Assembly: GCA_016748015.1 (NCBI GenBank)
Contig: JAAOMT010000135.1
Span: forward strand, 802,018-866,017
Direction: 5' to 3'
Length of the DNA stretch: 64,000 nucleotides
Source: Geosiphon pyriformis uo1
Taxonomy: Eukaryota; Fungi; Glomeromycota
The position numbers and the translations under genes are program-made. Positions 1 to 12,900 of this stretch are shown here, one piece after another; position 1 is the stretch's first letter; the number at the start of each line of letters is the position of its first letter. Below the pieces are notes generated by a model. The model was not told the DNA's origin. It worked only from the letters and a program-made list of their open reading frames with translations, and searched no databases.

Positions 1-968
1 AACAGGAAGCAAATGAGCTTACGATATGATTTTTCGCGGACAATAATTCATTTATAGTATACTAATTCGCCATTAGCTTTCTTAACGATTGCATTCATTT
101 GTTTTATCCTTCGAAAAATTATAATATATTCTTAAATTTTTGTCATTGTGAATAAATTAACAAATTGCACGAAGATAATTAGAACACATTGGATTGGAAA
201 ATTCAGAATTTTTCAGTTTCAAAGTTCAAATATTTAATTCAAGGATTTTTAAAACCCGTTTTTATAATGAATAAAGTTTTTATCATAATTTATTTTTCAA
301 TAAAATCAAAGTTTAATTATTTCTGTTATTTTTCATTATAGAGAATATTAATTATTGTATTAAACCTTTGTAATTCAGCAAATATTCCTCTAATCCCAGC
401 TTCCCAATTTGATTTGAAATTCAGACGTTGCTATGGTTGGAATAATACTCGATTTTAAAGAATGATAACGAAGCACCAGTCGCAATTTTTTGCATTGATT
501 ATAGAAAAGAGATAGGATGGGCAAACTGTTTGCTAACCCCGAAATTTGGTTGAAGGGAGATAGTTTTTTCAAAGCGCACAAATCACTTAGGAACAATTAG
601 GTTTGTAATTCAGATTGTCCTATAAATTCAAGGTTTTTATCAGTATAGGATTTCATTTAATGCTATATCATGACCTTTTAGGAATTCGCGTGAAAAATTA
701 AGCTTAAAGGAATGACTTCCCATTTCATAACATGTTATTCTAAAAAAAGTTTATTAATTCCTTACCTAATTCTTTAATGACAAAAAATTTTATTCTAAGA
801 AATCAATTAATTGTTGATAATAATAGAAAAGGCCTGCATAAATATAATAGGTAGTAAGAGTTCTTAATGTACATTTTCAAATTATTTTTAAAAATGATAT
901 ATTACAAAAAGATATTCGACCAAAAAAACCCATCGTTGAAGTTTAGTGCTTGCGGTAACCATTCAGGA

Positions 969-2157
969 TTACTCATAGTATGCTCCCTCCTCATCTAATG
1001 TGTTTTAGGTTTAAATCAGAAAATTGATTTAAAATGAGCAAACGATAATAACTTTCTTACCTCCTCTATCATCCATGTCCCAAAGATCATCTCCTTCCCC
1101 ATCATCAAAGTAATTATCTGCATAATCATTTTCTTCTTCGTACTCTTCTTCGTCCACGCGATTCTCCAAAGGTTCCTGGTCATCATCCTTATCATCCTAT
1201 TTCAACATAATACAATCAAATGATGTGATTAAAAATAAGAATCCTCTGAATAAATAGATAATTAATTCGCAAAAGTAAAAAAGATAATTAACCGATGGTT
1301 TTTCTTTACCCTCCGCAACGAGTAACGCGTCAAAGTTTGAATTGATATCTATTCGGGTTTTCCTTCTTCTGGCTGTATAGATATTTAATCAGAATATCAG
1401 CGACATATTTGATAGCAATGAGGCTGACAGGAAGAAAGACCAATAGAGTGAATACCTTCGGCTTGCACTGCGACTGATGGATCAAGTACGGAGTGAAGCT
1501 CATCAGGAAAAAATCGGATATCTGTAGATTCATTACATTAATATATGCTCCAATCAACTAGGAAATATTCTAAACAAATGACAGAATATCCACATGGAAC
1601 CCGTGTCTTTACCTGTCTTGATATCTCGCAATAAGGGTTTTATGGGTTTTGGAACGACCAAATCAGTATACTTTTCAATAGCTATTCAAATAACCAAGGT
1701 CATTACCAAAGAGTAACATGAAAAGAAATCCAGCTTGCTTTCTGAGGGTGTAGTAAATACCAGGGGGTTTTATAGGAGGTATCATATGAGCAGCGGTCTC
1801 TTTGAATATAACCTTAAAATGGATGAGCCGCTTGGTCATTTCTTTTTGATCTGCGGACAATCTTTTATGAGGTGGAAGTTCCATTTCCTGTTATATAGAG
1901 TGGGAAAAACAAGAAATGGTCTTCAAAGCGGCGTTCCTAGACACTCGGGGTGACGAACTTGGAAAAATAAAAGTACGAGCACTACGTACAGGAAATGCGT
2001 CCAAAGGCCCTTCTGGTTGATACGCTTTTTGTATATCACTCCAAGAGACGCCATCCATTGCCAAAGGCCGGCCAAAGGCCCCACTGCGACCTCCTCTACC
2101 GCGAAAACCACCTCGTCCTCGTCCGCGTCCGCGACTTCTTGGGGCAGCCATAGCCAT
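969..2157 (-). CDS. RPC31: RNA polymerase III subunit C31 (Rpc31/RPC7), 7 exons
   Basis: Hand-spliced GT-AG exons 2157-1990, 1887-1761, 1681-1613, 1521-1456, 1372-1293, 1196-1061, 994-969. Product has an RG-rich N-terminus, IEKYTD and FFPDEL motifs, and an acidic C-terminus ENDYADNYFDDGEGDD typical of Rpc31. Confidence 0.88.
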
Positions 2158-2380
2158 TTTATTTGTGTTCTATTCTACGAGAAATAGCTAATTTGGGAAT
2201 AGCATTTAAGGCAGAGCAGTATATATAGGACTTGACTAACCTTCTTTCGTTCGTGTATTATGTCTTCCAGTAGGCTTGGAAATCGTTACTTGAACGTTTA
2301 ACTTCGATCTATCACGAAAACAATAACGATAAAAAGTTATTCTCAACAAAACCGAACTTCAAGCAATGATGATGGATGAG

Positions 2381-4028
2381 TCGCCAGGATGAGAGCTGAT
2401 GCTCTTGGGACAGGATAAGAGCTGGCCAAGAGTCCCTTTAGTTAAACATCAATTAAAAAAAAGTCCTTCCTCAGCCTTTAGCAGGTATTCTCATAAGAAA
2501 AATGTTCATTTTAGAAATGGATTTATTAAATATAGGAAATTTCGGTTCAATAACTATTGGGGAGTTTGAGTTTTTTTTATTTCTGTAACGACTTTATCAA
2601 ATGATAAATTCTCCGATAGTTCAGTACACGACTTTTGCATTTGTATACTCTAATTGGCCTTAGGATTTCTTCAACAAATTATGAGTGTGCCAACCCCATT
2701 TTGGTGATTTTGACAGTATATTTTGACAGCCACTTGTTGAGAGAACCGTTCTTTAATATAACATTATTTTAAAGGGAACTTCAGTTGCGAAAGTCCTGAA
2801 AGAGCATTTGAACTTCTTGGACCGTATGTGTACTTGACAGTCAAGCTATTTTTAGATGGTTTTACATAGCCAAAACAGCCATCGGGATTGGTACAAATAG
2901 GACCCTTGTAATAACTTAGGTAAAGTAGTGGCCACATGCGTGATTGGATGACACGAAAAAATCTCTTCATACACGCGTTTGTTTTCGTACTTCCAAATCC
3001 CTATATAAAAGCTATCATATAAATCACAAGACGCAATTTTTTAAAACACATTTACATTTTTTGTTTTTTGCCTGACATTGCAACGCTAATACCTCGTCTT
3101 ACATACGCATCCTTCTATCACCAGCTTTCAATGTCTTGCTTGGAACTAACAACTTACATGGTCAAGAGGCTCAAATGCCCTCGTAATTACTTATNNNNNN
3201 NNNNNNNNNNNNNNTCGCCAGGATGAGAGCTGATGCTCTTGGGACAGGATAAGAGCTGGCCAAGAGTCCCTTTAGTTAAACATCAATTAAAAAAAAGTCC
3301 TTCCTCAGCCTTTAGCAGGTATTCTCATAAGAAAAATGTTCATTTTAGAAATGGATTTATTAAATATAGGAAATTTCGGTTCAATAACTATTGGGGAGTT
3401 TGAGTTTTTTTTATTTCTGTAACGACTTTATCAAATGATAAATTCTCCGATAGTTCAGTACACGACTTTTGCATTTGTATACTCTAATTGGCCTTAGGAT
3501 TTCTTCAACAAATTATGAGTGTGCCAACCCCATTTTGGTGATTTTGACAGTATATTTTGACAGCCACTTGTTGAGAGAACCGTTCTTTAATATAACATTA
3601 TTTTAAAGGGAACTTCAGTTGCGAAAGTCCTGAAAGAGCATTTGAACTTCTTGGACCGTATGTGTACTTGACAGTCAAGCTATTTTTAGATGGTTTTACA
3701 TAGCCAAAACAGCCATCGGGATTGGTACAAATAGGACCCTTGTAATAACTTAGGTAAAGTAGTGGCCACATGCGTGATTGGATGACACGAAAAAATCTCT
3801 TCATACACGCGTTTGTTTTCGTACTTCCAAATCCCTATATAAAAGCTATCATATAAATCACAAGACGCAATTTTTTAAAACACATTTACATTTTTTGTTT
3901 TTTGCCTGACATTGCAACGCTAATACCTCGTCTTACATACGCATCCTTCTATCACCAGCTTTCAATGTCTTGCTTGGAACTAACAACTTACATGGTCAAG
4001 AGGCTCAAATGCCCTCGTAATTACTTAT
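2381..4028. other. 20-N assembly gap (3195-3214) flanked by an exact 814-bp overlap duplication
   Basis: 2381-3194 is identical to 3215-4028. The inverted paralogous copy near 38.3-39.1 kb has this sequence only once. Confidence 0.9.
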
Positions 4029-6070
4029 TATTATTTATCTATTTTTTGTATTTTCTTCATTCGTTAACAAACATAATACAGAATACTGGAAGCGACCCAT
4101 CTCCAGATGGGGGAGTATTTCAAAATGGGATATGATTTATAGCCAAAAGAATTCGATGAAGGGTTCTCATGATGCCTTGTCAAGCGATATCAGGCGCTTG
4201 ATTAAGTGGTTCCCAGATCACAAATCAGCTGTCCTGAAACTGAAGGCATTTGAAAAAAAATTGGTTAGTGTTTTTTCCTCTTGCTAAAATGACATCGCGT
4301 GATGTAGTTCCTTGCTCACAAAGTAATATTTGCACGCATTCTCGCTGAAATACTCAATTGTGAAATTTCAGCCGAAAACTAATATTGAGGAAGAAACGTC
4401 AAAGCGCAAAATTACAGGTAAGGAGTTGGATTGGGAGGTATTCTTTTTCAACTCTCAATCAATCTTTCATCTTTAAGTTGAGAAAAAGAGCGCAAAGAAG
4501 CCTCGCATTGAGGCAACAGAAGCTGATGAAAGCAGCTTAGACGAGCAGGAAGAGAGTCAGGCGTCAGGGAGTGATGATTTGCTCAATCGGCCGTATGAAA
4601 AGGTCCTTGAGCAGATTAAAGCCGTTCAAATGGACGACACAGCAGCCTTCATTAAGTAAGGTCTTTCCTATTAAAATTTAACTTTCCTTTGATTTATTGG
4701 TAAAATATTTGATTTTTTGAATTCCCTTGTACAGCCCTTTGTACTGGGGGGTTATTGATCTTCGCCAGGCCAAGATTTCCCCAAGTCCATTTCTTCTCCG
4801 AGGAAAGGAGCTTTTACCCCAGCAAGAATATGAACGGCTTTGTAGCCTTATGGGCAACATAGTCGAAGAGGAAAGTCATTTAAACGATTCATCGGCCGGA
4901 TTTTTGGAGGCCATTGAAATTTCGGGGAATAAAAGTATTGGGGATCTTGGTATGCGGTTTCGGGCCAATGGTACTGCGGGCATTGGAAATCTAATTCGAG
5001 AAGGAAATCAAAAGGCAAAAGCCTTATTACGGAATTTCAATGAATTTGATGAGGACACCCAGTACATTGCAGAATGTTTTTCAGCCATGTAAGTTTTTTT
5101 TATTGGTTTATTTTTTAAATTAACAATTTAAATATTAATTTGGATATAAAAGTGCTAGATGGCTAAAAGATTTCAATGGTGACACACATTCTGAGAGGAA
5201 CGTGGATGGGTTTGCTCTTTTGCAATTAGCTAAAGTTCCCGGTGCAAGATTCGATTAGTATGTTGATTTCTTTTTTTATTTTTTATTTTTGTATGAATAT
5301 AACAATTATGCTTTGACATGTAGTGGTGAAAACCATTCTCAGGCGGATAAAGAAGAAAAGGAATCTCGCTCTAATTTGGCTAGGATTGGAAAACCCTGTG
5401 ATTACCTTTTTCGTGTATATAGTTTTTTTTATTCTTATACTTTTTTTATTAATGGATTTTTAGTCCTAATTTTTTTATTAATGCGTTTTTAGTCTGGCCA
5501 TCAAGAAATTGGATGTGGTGAAAATTCAGGTCCAAAATGCAAAGATTCCATGGATAAAGCAAATACAGACTTTATCGATGTTGTGAAAGTTGCCCGTTCA
5601 CAACATATCGCTTTTCTGACAGAGTGTACTGAAACCAGTGGTCTCGATCCTCTTTCAACCATTGTGCAAGATGCATGCGAGCTGATTGTGATTCCTTTTT
5701 TTCAGCTAATAGGATATCGTATTCGGTTTTATATTTTGCTGCAAGTGAGTGGAGAATTATATGCAATCTGGCAGTGGGGATCAGAGTTATTGCCGACTCA
5801 TGATGACCATGTGAAGAAATTATTGTCAGTGTGCAAATTGTTTTTTCTTTATAGGGTGAGTACCAAAAAACTTTTGTTTATTTTTAATAATAATCAAGGT
5901 CTTACTCTGGAATTTTATGTTCTTTGTAGAATCTTTTGGCTAGAGTACAAAGGTTGGGAACAGCTGCCATTGATAAAGCGAAAGGAAGGCTTCAGTGGAA
6001 TTCTGTGGTTTTGGAAAGGAAGGCAAAAATTCAAATAAGCGGGTTGATAGAAAAAGAAAGATGTGAATGA
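3965..6070 (+). CDS. Multi-exon protein with a C-terminal PD-(D/E)XK restriction-endonuclease-like fold (Crinkler/CR-REase-like family)
   Basis: Nine GT-AG exons join in frame from ATG 3965 (MSCLELTTYMVKRLKCPQYWKRP...) through NPLYWGVIDL, SERNVD, GENHSQADK, IGKPCDYLFR and QEIGCGENSGP to TGA 6068-6070. The D...ExxxxE spacing resembles fungal REase domains; the family call is from motif memory. Confidence 0.6.
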
Positions 6071-8726
6071 ATATTAATTTGTAATACTAGAGTAGGCTCT
6101 TTTGTTTCCGCAAAAAGTAATCATGTAAAAAAAAAAGAAGACAATGCGAGGGAGCAAAAGGAAAGGTCTAAAATACATAGAAAAAGTAAATGGATATAAA
6201 AGCCTAAAGATAAAAGTATGAAAAAGACTTGTGCAATTTTTTCACTTGAAGGATACGCTGTCTCAAAAATTAAAAATGATGGAAAACCTAAAAACTTAGA
6301 TATTCTATGTAAAACGAGGAAAAAAGTGCAAAACTTTTCGCGAAAATAATATGTTGATCCAAAACTTTGTTGCCATTGTGTGGCACCAAACAGAAAGTCT
6401 ACCATCAATTCGTAAGAAAGAACCCTTGCCTGGATCCGTGAATCTCAATGGATTATCCAAACATTCATTAAAACTTGTAAGGTTTATGATTCATTTTCAA
6501 AAGAGGGATACTCCGCAGATTTCTGATCTATTTGGTCTTTATTTCCACAAATAATATTTTGTATAAATTTTTACCAAAGTTTACTCTCACACATGATCCC
6601 CTTTACTTTGTTGCTAAACTGCAGCACCGTTTGGAATGCTCCTTTTCTTTGGATTAACAATAGTCAATACATGGAGGTTTTCTTCCCTCTCAGGAAATAA
6701 ATACTCGGACGTTATCGAAAGTTTATATTTTCAATCAAATTGCTAATATTTGATGCATTGTCATTTTTGATCAAAAATATTTAGCTGTTTTTCGCAATGA
6801 GGAGCAAAATTTTTTTTGTCATTGTAATTATGTGCCGGATTTCACGTGATGTTAGATTTAATCTTTTTTTTTGGTTATTTTGAATCTATTTTCCCTTATC
6901 ATGTTTCTATGGATTTTATCGATAGTAAATTTTTAAAAAAAGCAGAGGGATTTAAAATTGATGTTTTGATTTCATTATAATGCGAAAAATGAGTTTAATT
7001 AAAAGAAAAACAAGAAAGAAAAAAAAACAAACAATGAAACAAAAAAGAATTCTGGGACTTATCATTTCCAGTTATGCGCCTCGATAACATGCAAGATGAA
7101 TATGGAAAATTTTAATAAGATGAAATGGCCTAAAAAAATTCGGAATCTAATTAGCATTCACATACCGATTCGCTCATTGTTGACAGTTTAAAAATCCCAA
7201 AAATAATTTTTTCTAATTTGAATTCCCAATTTTGAAAGAATTTCTCTCAAATGTTTGTAATACATGAATTGTGCTTTAAATAGTATTCATGCTAAACTTT
7301 TTTGGATCCTGGGAATCTTGGCGATTTTTTTCAGTGCTACAAACTTTTCTTTCACTATTTTTTTTTTTTTTAAAAAGTTCCCATTTATGAATTTATCATT
7401 ATCACTATTATTTTTATTTTTATTTTTATCAACAATGAATCATGATATGAAAAAATTCCTATTGCATTCTATTTTCTGATAAGTCTTAATTATCATCGAC
7501 AATTATAATTCGAAAAATGGAATTCTGCCAAAAATTATTCATGGGTGCAATCATTTACGGGTATTTACCCATTAAAAACTACCATTACCAATGGTGCAGC
7601 GGGGAAATAAATTATTAACGATTAAATGCAACAAAGGAAATTAAAAAGAATAGTTTCTTATTCATATTTGAAGATCTTTAGTCCACCCTTCCATATAAAG
7701 ATTCATAATAATTAAAAAGGAAATCATTAGCACTTTTCTTTTATAATTAAAAGAAACGAGAAAAAGGTTGTTCCTGTTGCTCCTCTTCCTTTAACATAGT
7801 TCAAAGATGATATTCTTTATCGCATTAGTAGAAAAATATACCTTTTTAAGAATTTTTTTAATTTTTAATACATGAAAAAAACGCTACCTTTTAACTTGTA
7901 AAAAGCCAGAAATTCGATTTGAAAATTTATCGGCGATAGTACATTTGTTATTCGCTCATTATTACCGAGATTTTTCATCATCCTTCTCTGGTATCATTAC
8001 TTTTGAAATGGTTGATAAAAATTAGGAGACAAAACTTCATTGCACCAATCCTGCACCCATAAGTTTTGAACAGGTAGAAATTTCAAGCGATTTGTTCATG
8101 TCTACAGTATAATGCATGTGTCCATACAAACGGCGAATACCACGATTATCATGCAGTTAAAAGTGCAAGTGGATGGACACGTTGTAACCGGATTTCAAAA
8201 TCATTACCAAAAAGAGCCTTCAAAAACCGGACATTGTAGTAAGAATGACGTTCTATCATGAAATTTTGACGTTTCTTACCAAGAAGGATGATGATGAAAA
8301 TGATGATTATGAGTTTATTTTTATCGTTTAGCTTCTTTTTATTGTGTGTACCCGGTGATGCGGCGGCGTATGTTAATCATAATTTCAAAAAAATTTGTGA
8401 TATAATAAAAGGTATATATTATGCTTCTCACCAGAATTGATTTATACATCAATTAATGGTTTATTGTATTAAAATCTAGCTTCTAAAATTGGATAATAAC
8501 ATGTAATTTATTGCCCGAGGTTTGTGTTCCAAAACTTTTACTGGCCAAGTCATTCTATTTAGGTATGTAATTTTATATTCATATGTTCCTGTAGGTCAAC
8601 TGTTCTGTTCCTCTCTATCTTCATTAATTCCTCTCCTTTTTTTTGTTCCCCTCTACCCTTTAAAAATACCACTCTTTAAACCCGACCCGTTGTCGTTCCT
8701 TGGGCTGGTCTTTAAAGAACTCCATT

Positions 8727-8765
8727 AACAACAACAACAACAACAACAATAATAATAATAATAAC
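8727..8765 (+). repeat. (AAC)n(AAT)n microsatellite upstream of FKS1
   Basis: Read directly. Confidence 0.95.
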
Positions 8766-9283
8766 AAAACCACAACAAAAACAACATCACTCCAAAATAA
8801 ACCCCTAGTTACTCTTATCCTTTTACACGCGCGCGACTATCCCGACTACGACCACGGGCTCGAAAGTTCCTATTCCTGTTATTAACTAGTTAAGTGCGAA
8901 CAAACCCACTAACTCAGTTCTCCCTCTTCCCCATCACCTCTTTCTCAAATTTTTTTAAAGAACCTTTTTCTTTCTTTCTTTCTTTCTCACTCTCAACTAA
9001 TTTTACAATCACCTTTTTCTTTACCTAAAAAAGGTTACATTTTATAAGTTAGTCTTTCAAATCAACTTCCTAATAAAGTTCAAAAAAGGAGTTTTTTTTG
9101 ACATCTCAATAACAGAAACTGTTTATACATATCCCGGAAAAAAAACTTGAGATTCTATGTATGATCCTGAATTTGTGTTGTAGTCTCGAAACCAAAAATT
9201 TTCACTCCCTTCCCTTTCACATCAAACACCTGGACGCTTGTTATCTAATATAATAACCAAACAATTCGACAACTAAAAAAATA

Positions 9284-9328
9284 ACCACCACCACCACCAA
9301 CAACAATAACAACAACAACAACAACAAC
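9284..9328 (+). repeat. (ACC)n(AAC)n microsatellite
   Basis: Read directly. Confidence 0.9.
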
Positions 9329-9627
9329 CAAGTCGACAACAAATAAGAATCTAAAACCAAGAAGAAATCACCGTCAAGAAATTCCCGAAAGCCCAGACGA
9401 AAGAATCAAGTGTCCGTCCGTGACTGTATGTGCCTATCTTTGTGTACGTGTTTATGTGAGAGAGAAGCAAGGGTCATTTAATCTTTGGAAAAATTCAAGT
9501 ATTATCAAATTTCTTTCTTGCCAATTGTTTTTTATATATATATCACATTCTCCTCCTCTTTTCTACCTTTTCGCGTTTCTTATTTTTGGTGGTAAAATTT
9601 GAATAAAAAGTCTTATCTATTATAAAT

Positions 9628-9630
<3 letters not shown>

Positions 9631-9660
<30 letters not shown>
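9631..9660 (+). repeat. (AT)15 microsatellite
   Basis: Read directly. Confidence 0.95.
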
Positions 9661-9663
<3 letters not shown>

Positions 9664-9954
9664 TATATTTATTACGTTATTCAATTCCACATACGCACTA
9701 TATTAAACAAACGAAACGCCATCTTCGAATTTATATTGGATTTATCTTCTGACTTACTTTTTTATCTTCTTCTTTTTTTTTAATTATTACTATTATTATT
9801 ATCGCCGGGATTCACACTTTGCCTGTCGATTGTATATAAAATTATTTGCATCTGATATATAAATATAGACTGGACCTTTCTCTTAACCAAGAATCAACAT
9901 TGATCTTGTCTAAAAACCAAAAATTTAATTAAATATTCAATCCAAAAATTAAAA

Positions 9955-12900
9955 ATGGCCCAAAATTACAACCAACGAAGCAATTCTGGTAACTCTGGCT
10001 CTAGTAACAGTAGTGATAGTAGTAGGATACGATACAATCATCACCAAATTGAACAGCAGCAGCAACAGCAACAACAATATCGACAACGATCATCGCCACA
10101 TTCACCCTCTCGACATGAACCAGTATTACCACCGCCAATTCATCCTAATTATCAAAGGAATCCTAACCTTTCGCCAAATTTTCCTCATGCTGCTTACAAC
10201 AACAACAACAATTATTCACAACAACAAGGTTATTCTCGTTCACCTCCAAGTCAAGATAATGGATCTGCACAATATCATAATCACCCTAGCCCAAGGCTTG
10301 AAACACCAACAACTCCTCTTCCTCAACAATACCTAACATCACCATCTACCACTTCACCTCGCTCTCCCTTTAATTATCCTCCTTATGCATCACGTGAACA
10401 ATATCCACCGCGTACGGTGAGTCAACCAGATCCAAAGGATGTGTACCCATTGGATGATATAAATGATTATTATGAGGATAGTGATTTGGACGATTATAAT
10501 CTTGATCGAAGAACAAATCAACAACCCCCCGTAACACAAATTGCTTCCAATCAATATTATAATGGTGCCCGATATCTTGCTCAGGATGATCCTGCATACC
10601 CTGCTGAAGCTTATCCGGCTCAAACTGACCCAAATAGAGGTAAATTATTTTTTAAAATTCTCCAACAAATGTTTCTATGCATTCTATATCGTGATTCAAC
10701 TTTTCTTTATTTTTTTTCGTTAGGTACCTCTGAAAATCAGATGTCACCTTTTTATTCACGACCGACCAATGGTCAAGATCGAGCAGATGAAAATAATCGT
10801 AAGGGTAAGGGACGTGGTGAAGCAGATTCCGAAACAGAAACAGACAGCGTGAGTGATCTTACCCCGAATTCCGCGTATTCTGGTGAAGCCGACAATTATG
10901 ATTATGGAGCTACGCGTGGGGTCGACGATTCAAGCCGCTATACGATGTACGCCTCATCACAAGATTCATTAATGCACGTATTAGACCCCAAAAAGCCTCA
11001 ATATTATTCTCCCTCTCAAACCACTTACAATGGTGAAAATTCCTCGACGGCATCTGGACGTGAGACACCACAATACTATGGTCTAGATTATCCACATCTT
11101 CCACCTGGTAATCAACGCTCAAAGGAACCTTATCCAGCTTGGAGATCCGATGATCCTCAAATCCCTTGTTCAAAAGAAGAGATTGAAGACATTTTCCTGG
11201 ATTTGACAAACAAATTTGGATTCCAGAAAGACAGCATGCGAAATATGTATGATCATTTAATGATAATGCTTGATTCACGTGCCTCTCGAATGTCTCCAGC
11301 ACAAGCACTTTTGACTTTGCATGCTGATTATGTTGGTGGAGAGAATTCCAATTATCGCAAATGGTATTTTGCCGCTCAAATGGACATTGATGATGCCCTT
11401 CACAATCCACATAAGAATGGGATTCCGATCGCGCGACAAAATTTCGAAGACGTCCGAGCAAGCGAAGAGATGTGGAAAGAACGTATGAATTCAATGTCAC
11501 AATATGATCGTGTTCGTCAGTTGGCATTATTCTTGCTTTTGTGGGGTGAAGCCGCTCAGATTCGATTCACGGCGGAATGTCTCTGCTTTCTTTTCAAGGT
11601 GGCCGATGATTATTACCGAAGTCCTGATTGTAAAGCAAAAGTACAACCGGTACCTGAGGGGGAATATCTCCGAAACGTTGTCACTCCACTATATCGCTTC
11701 ATTCGTGAACAAGGTTATGAAGTAATTGGTGGAAAATTCGTGAAACGGGAAAAAGATCATGCAGAAACGATCGGCTATGATGATATCAATCAATTGTTTT
11801 GGTACCCAGAATCGATTGATCGTATCAGACTACATGATCGTAAAACACGTCTAATGGCGATGCCACCTAGTCAACGATATCTTGTCCTGAGTCAGGTCGA
11901 TTGGAGTCGCGCGTTTGAGAAAACTTACAAAGAAAAACGTACATGGCTTCATTTGGCCGTCAACTTTACTCGAATATGGATAATTCATGTTGCCGTTTTC
12001 TGGTATTATACCGCGTACGTTGCTCCATTTCTCTACATGGACGAGAATTCAAAAGAACCGGCTGTTAAATGGTCCGTTGTCGCTCTTGGTGGGGCGGTGG
12101 CTACTCTTTTCATGATCGTCGGATGCATTTGTGAATTTTTCTTCATTCCATTGAAAGGTGCTAATGTAAATGGTTTGGTGCAAAGACTACTCATGCTGTT
12201 TATCATTCTGGTAATAAACGCCGCACCAACCTGGTATATAGTCAAGATCAAACGTACTGGATCAACCGCGCTGATGATTAGTCTAGGACAACTCTTTATC
12301 TCTTTAGTCACGACTCTCACTTTTGCCGTATTGCCGAGTTCCGCACTGTTCGGTGGGCCATCAATAACTTCAAGGAAAAGTTTACCTCGTCAAAGTTTTA
12401 CCGGAAATTACCCGCCGCTCAGAGAAAGAGATCGCATTCTATCGATTGGTTTATGGGTCTGTGTGTTTGGATGCAAGCTGATCGAATCCTACTTCTTCTT
12501 GTCACTTTCTTTCAAAGATCCATTGAAAGCTATGCATGGTATGAGGGTTCTTAATTGTGGTGATAAACTTGCTGGCAGTACCCTTTGCACCTACATGCCT
12601 GTGATGGCTATCGTAATCATGTTCTTCATGGATCTTGTATTGTTCTTTTTGGACACTTACCTTTGGTATATCATCTGGAATACAATCTTCTCTGTGACCC
12701 GTGCTTTCTACCTTGGAATCTCCTGTTGGACGTCTTGGAAAGTTATTTTCGCAATGTTGCCTAAACGTATATATGATAAAGTTTTGGCCACATCAAACAT
12801 GGACATTAAATATAAGCCAAAAATCCTAGTATCTCAAGTTTGGAACGCCATCATCATTTCAATGTACCGTGAACATTTACTCTCGATTGAAAACGTTCAA

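Noticed and set aside
2363-2402. C/D box snoRNA (ATGATGA...CTGA with a short terminal stem)
   Set aside because: Only about 40 nt, too short, and no recognisable rRNA guide.
2764-2970. 68-aa ORF MKRFFRVIQ... occurring three times (also 3598-3804 and 38519-38725)
   Set aside because: The repetition is explained by the gap artefact and the segmental duplicate; no recognisable domain.
2381-4028. Apparent 834-bp-period tandem duplication
   Set aside because: The copies are identical, separated only by the N gap, and the paralogous locus has one copy; this is an unmerged contig overlap.
8700-8885. Poly-Asn ORF upstream of FKS1
   Set aside because: Non-ATG start; the frame is open because of the microsatellite.
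10910-11527. 205-aa antisense ORF and other overlapping ORFs in FKS1, SIN1 and EGT1
   Set aside because: Shadow ORFs of long coding regions with no independent motifs.
12493-12525. Intrinsic echinocandin-resistance substitutions in FKS1 hot spots
   Set aside because: Hot spot 1 FLSLSFKDP keeps F, S, D and P; hot spot 2 keeps W and R; LDTYLWY is retained. Nothing clearly resistant.
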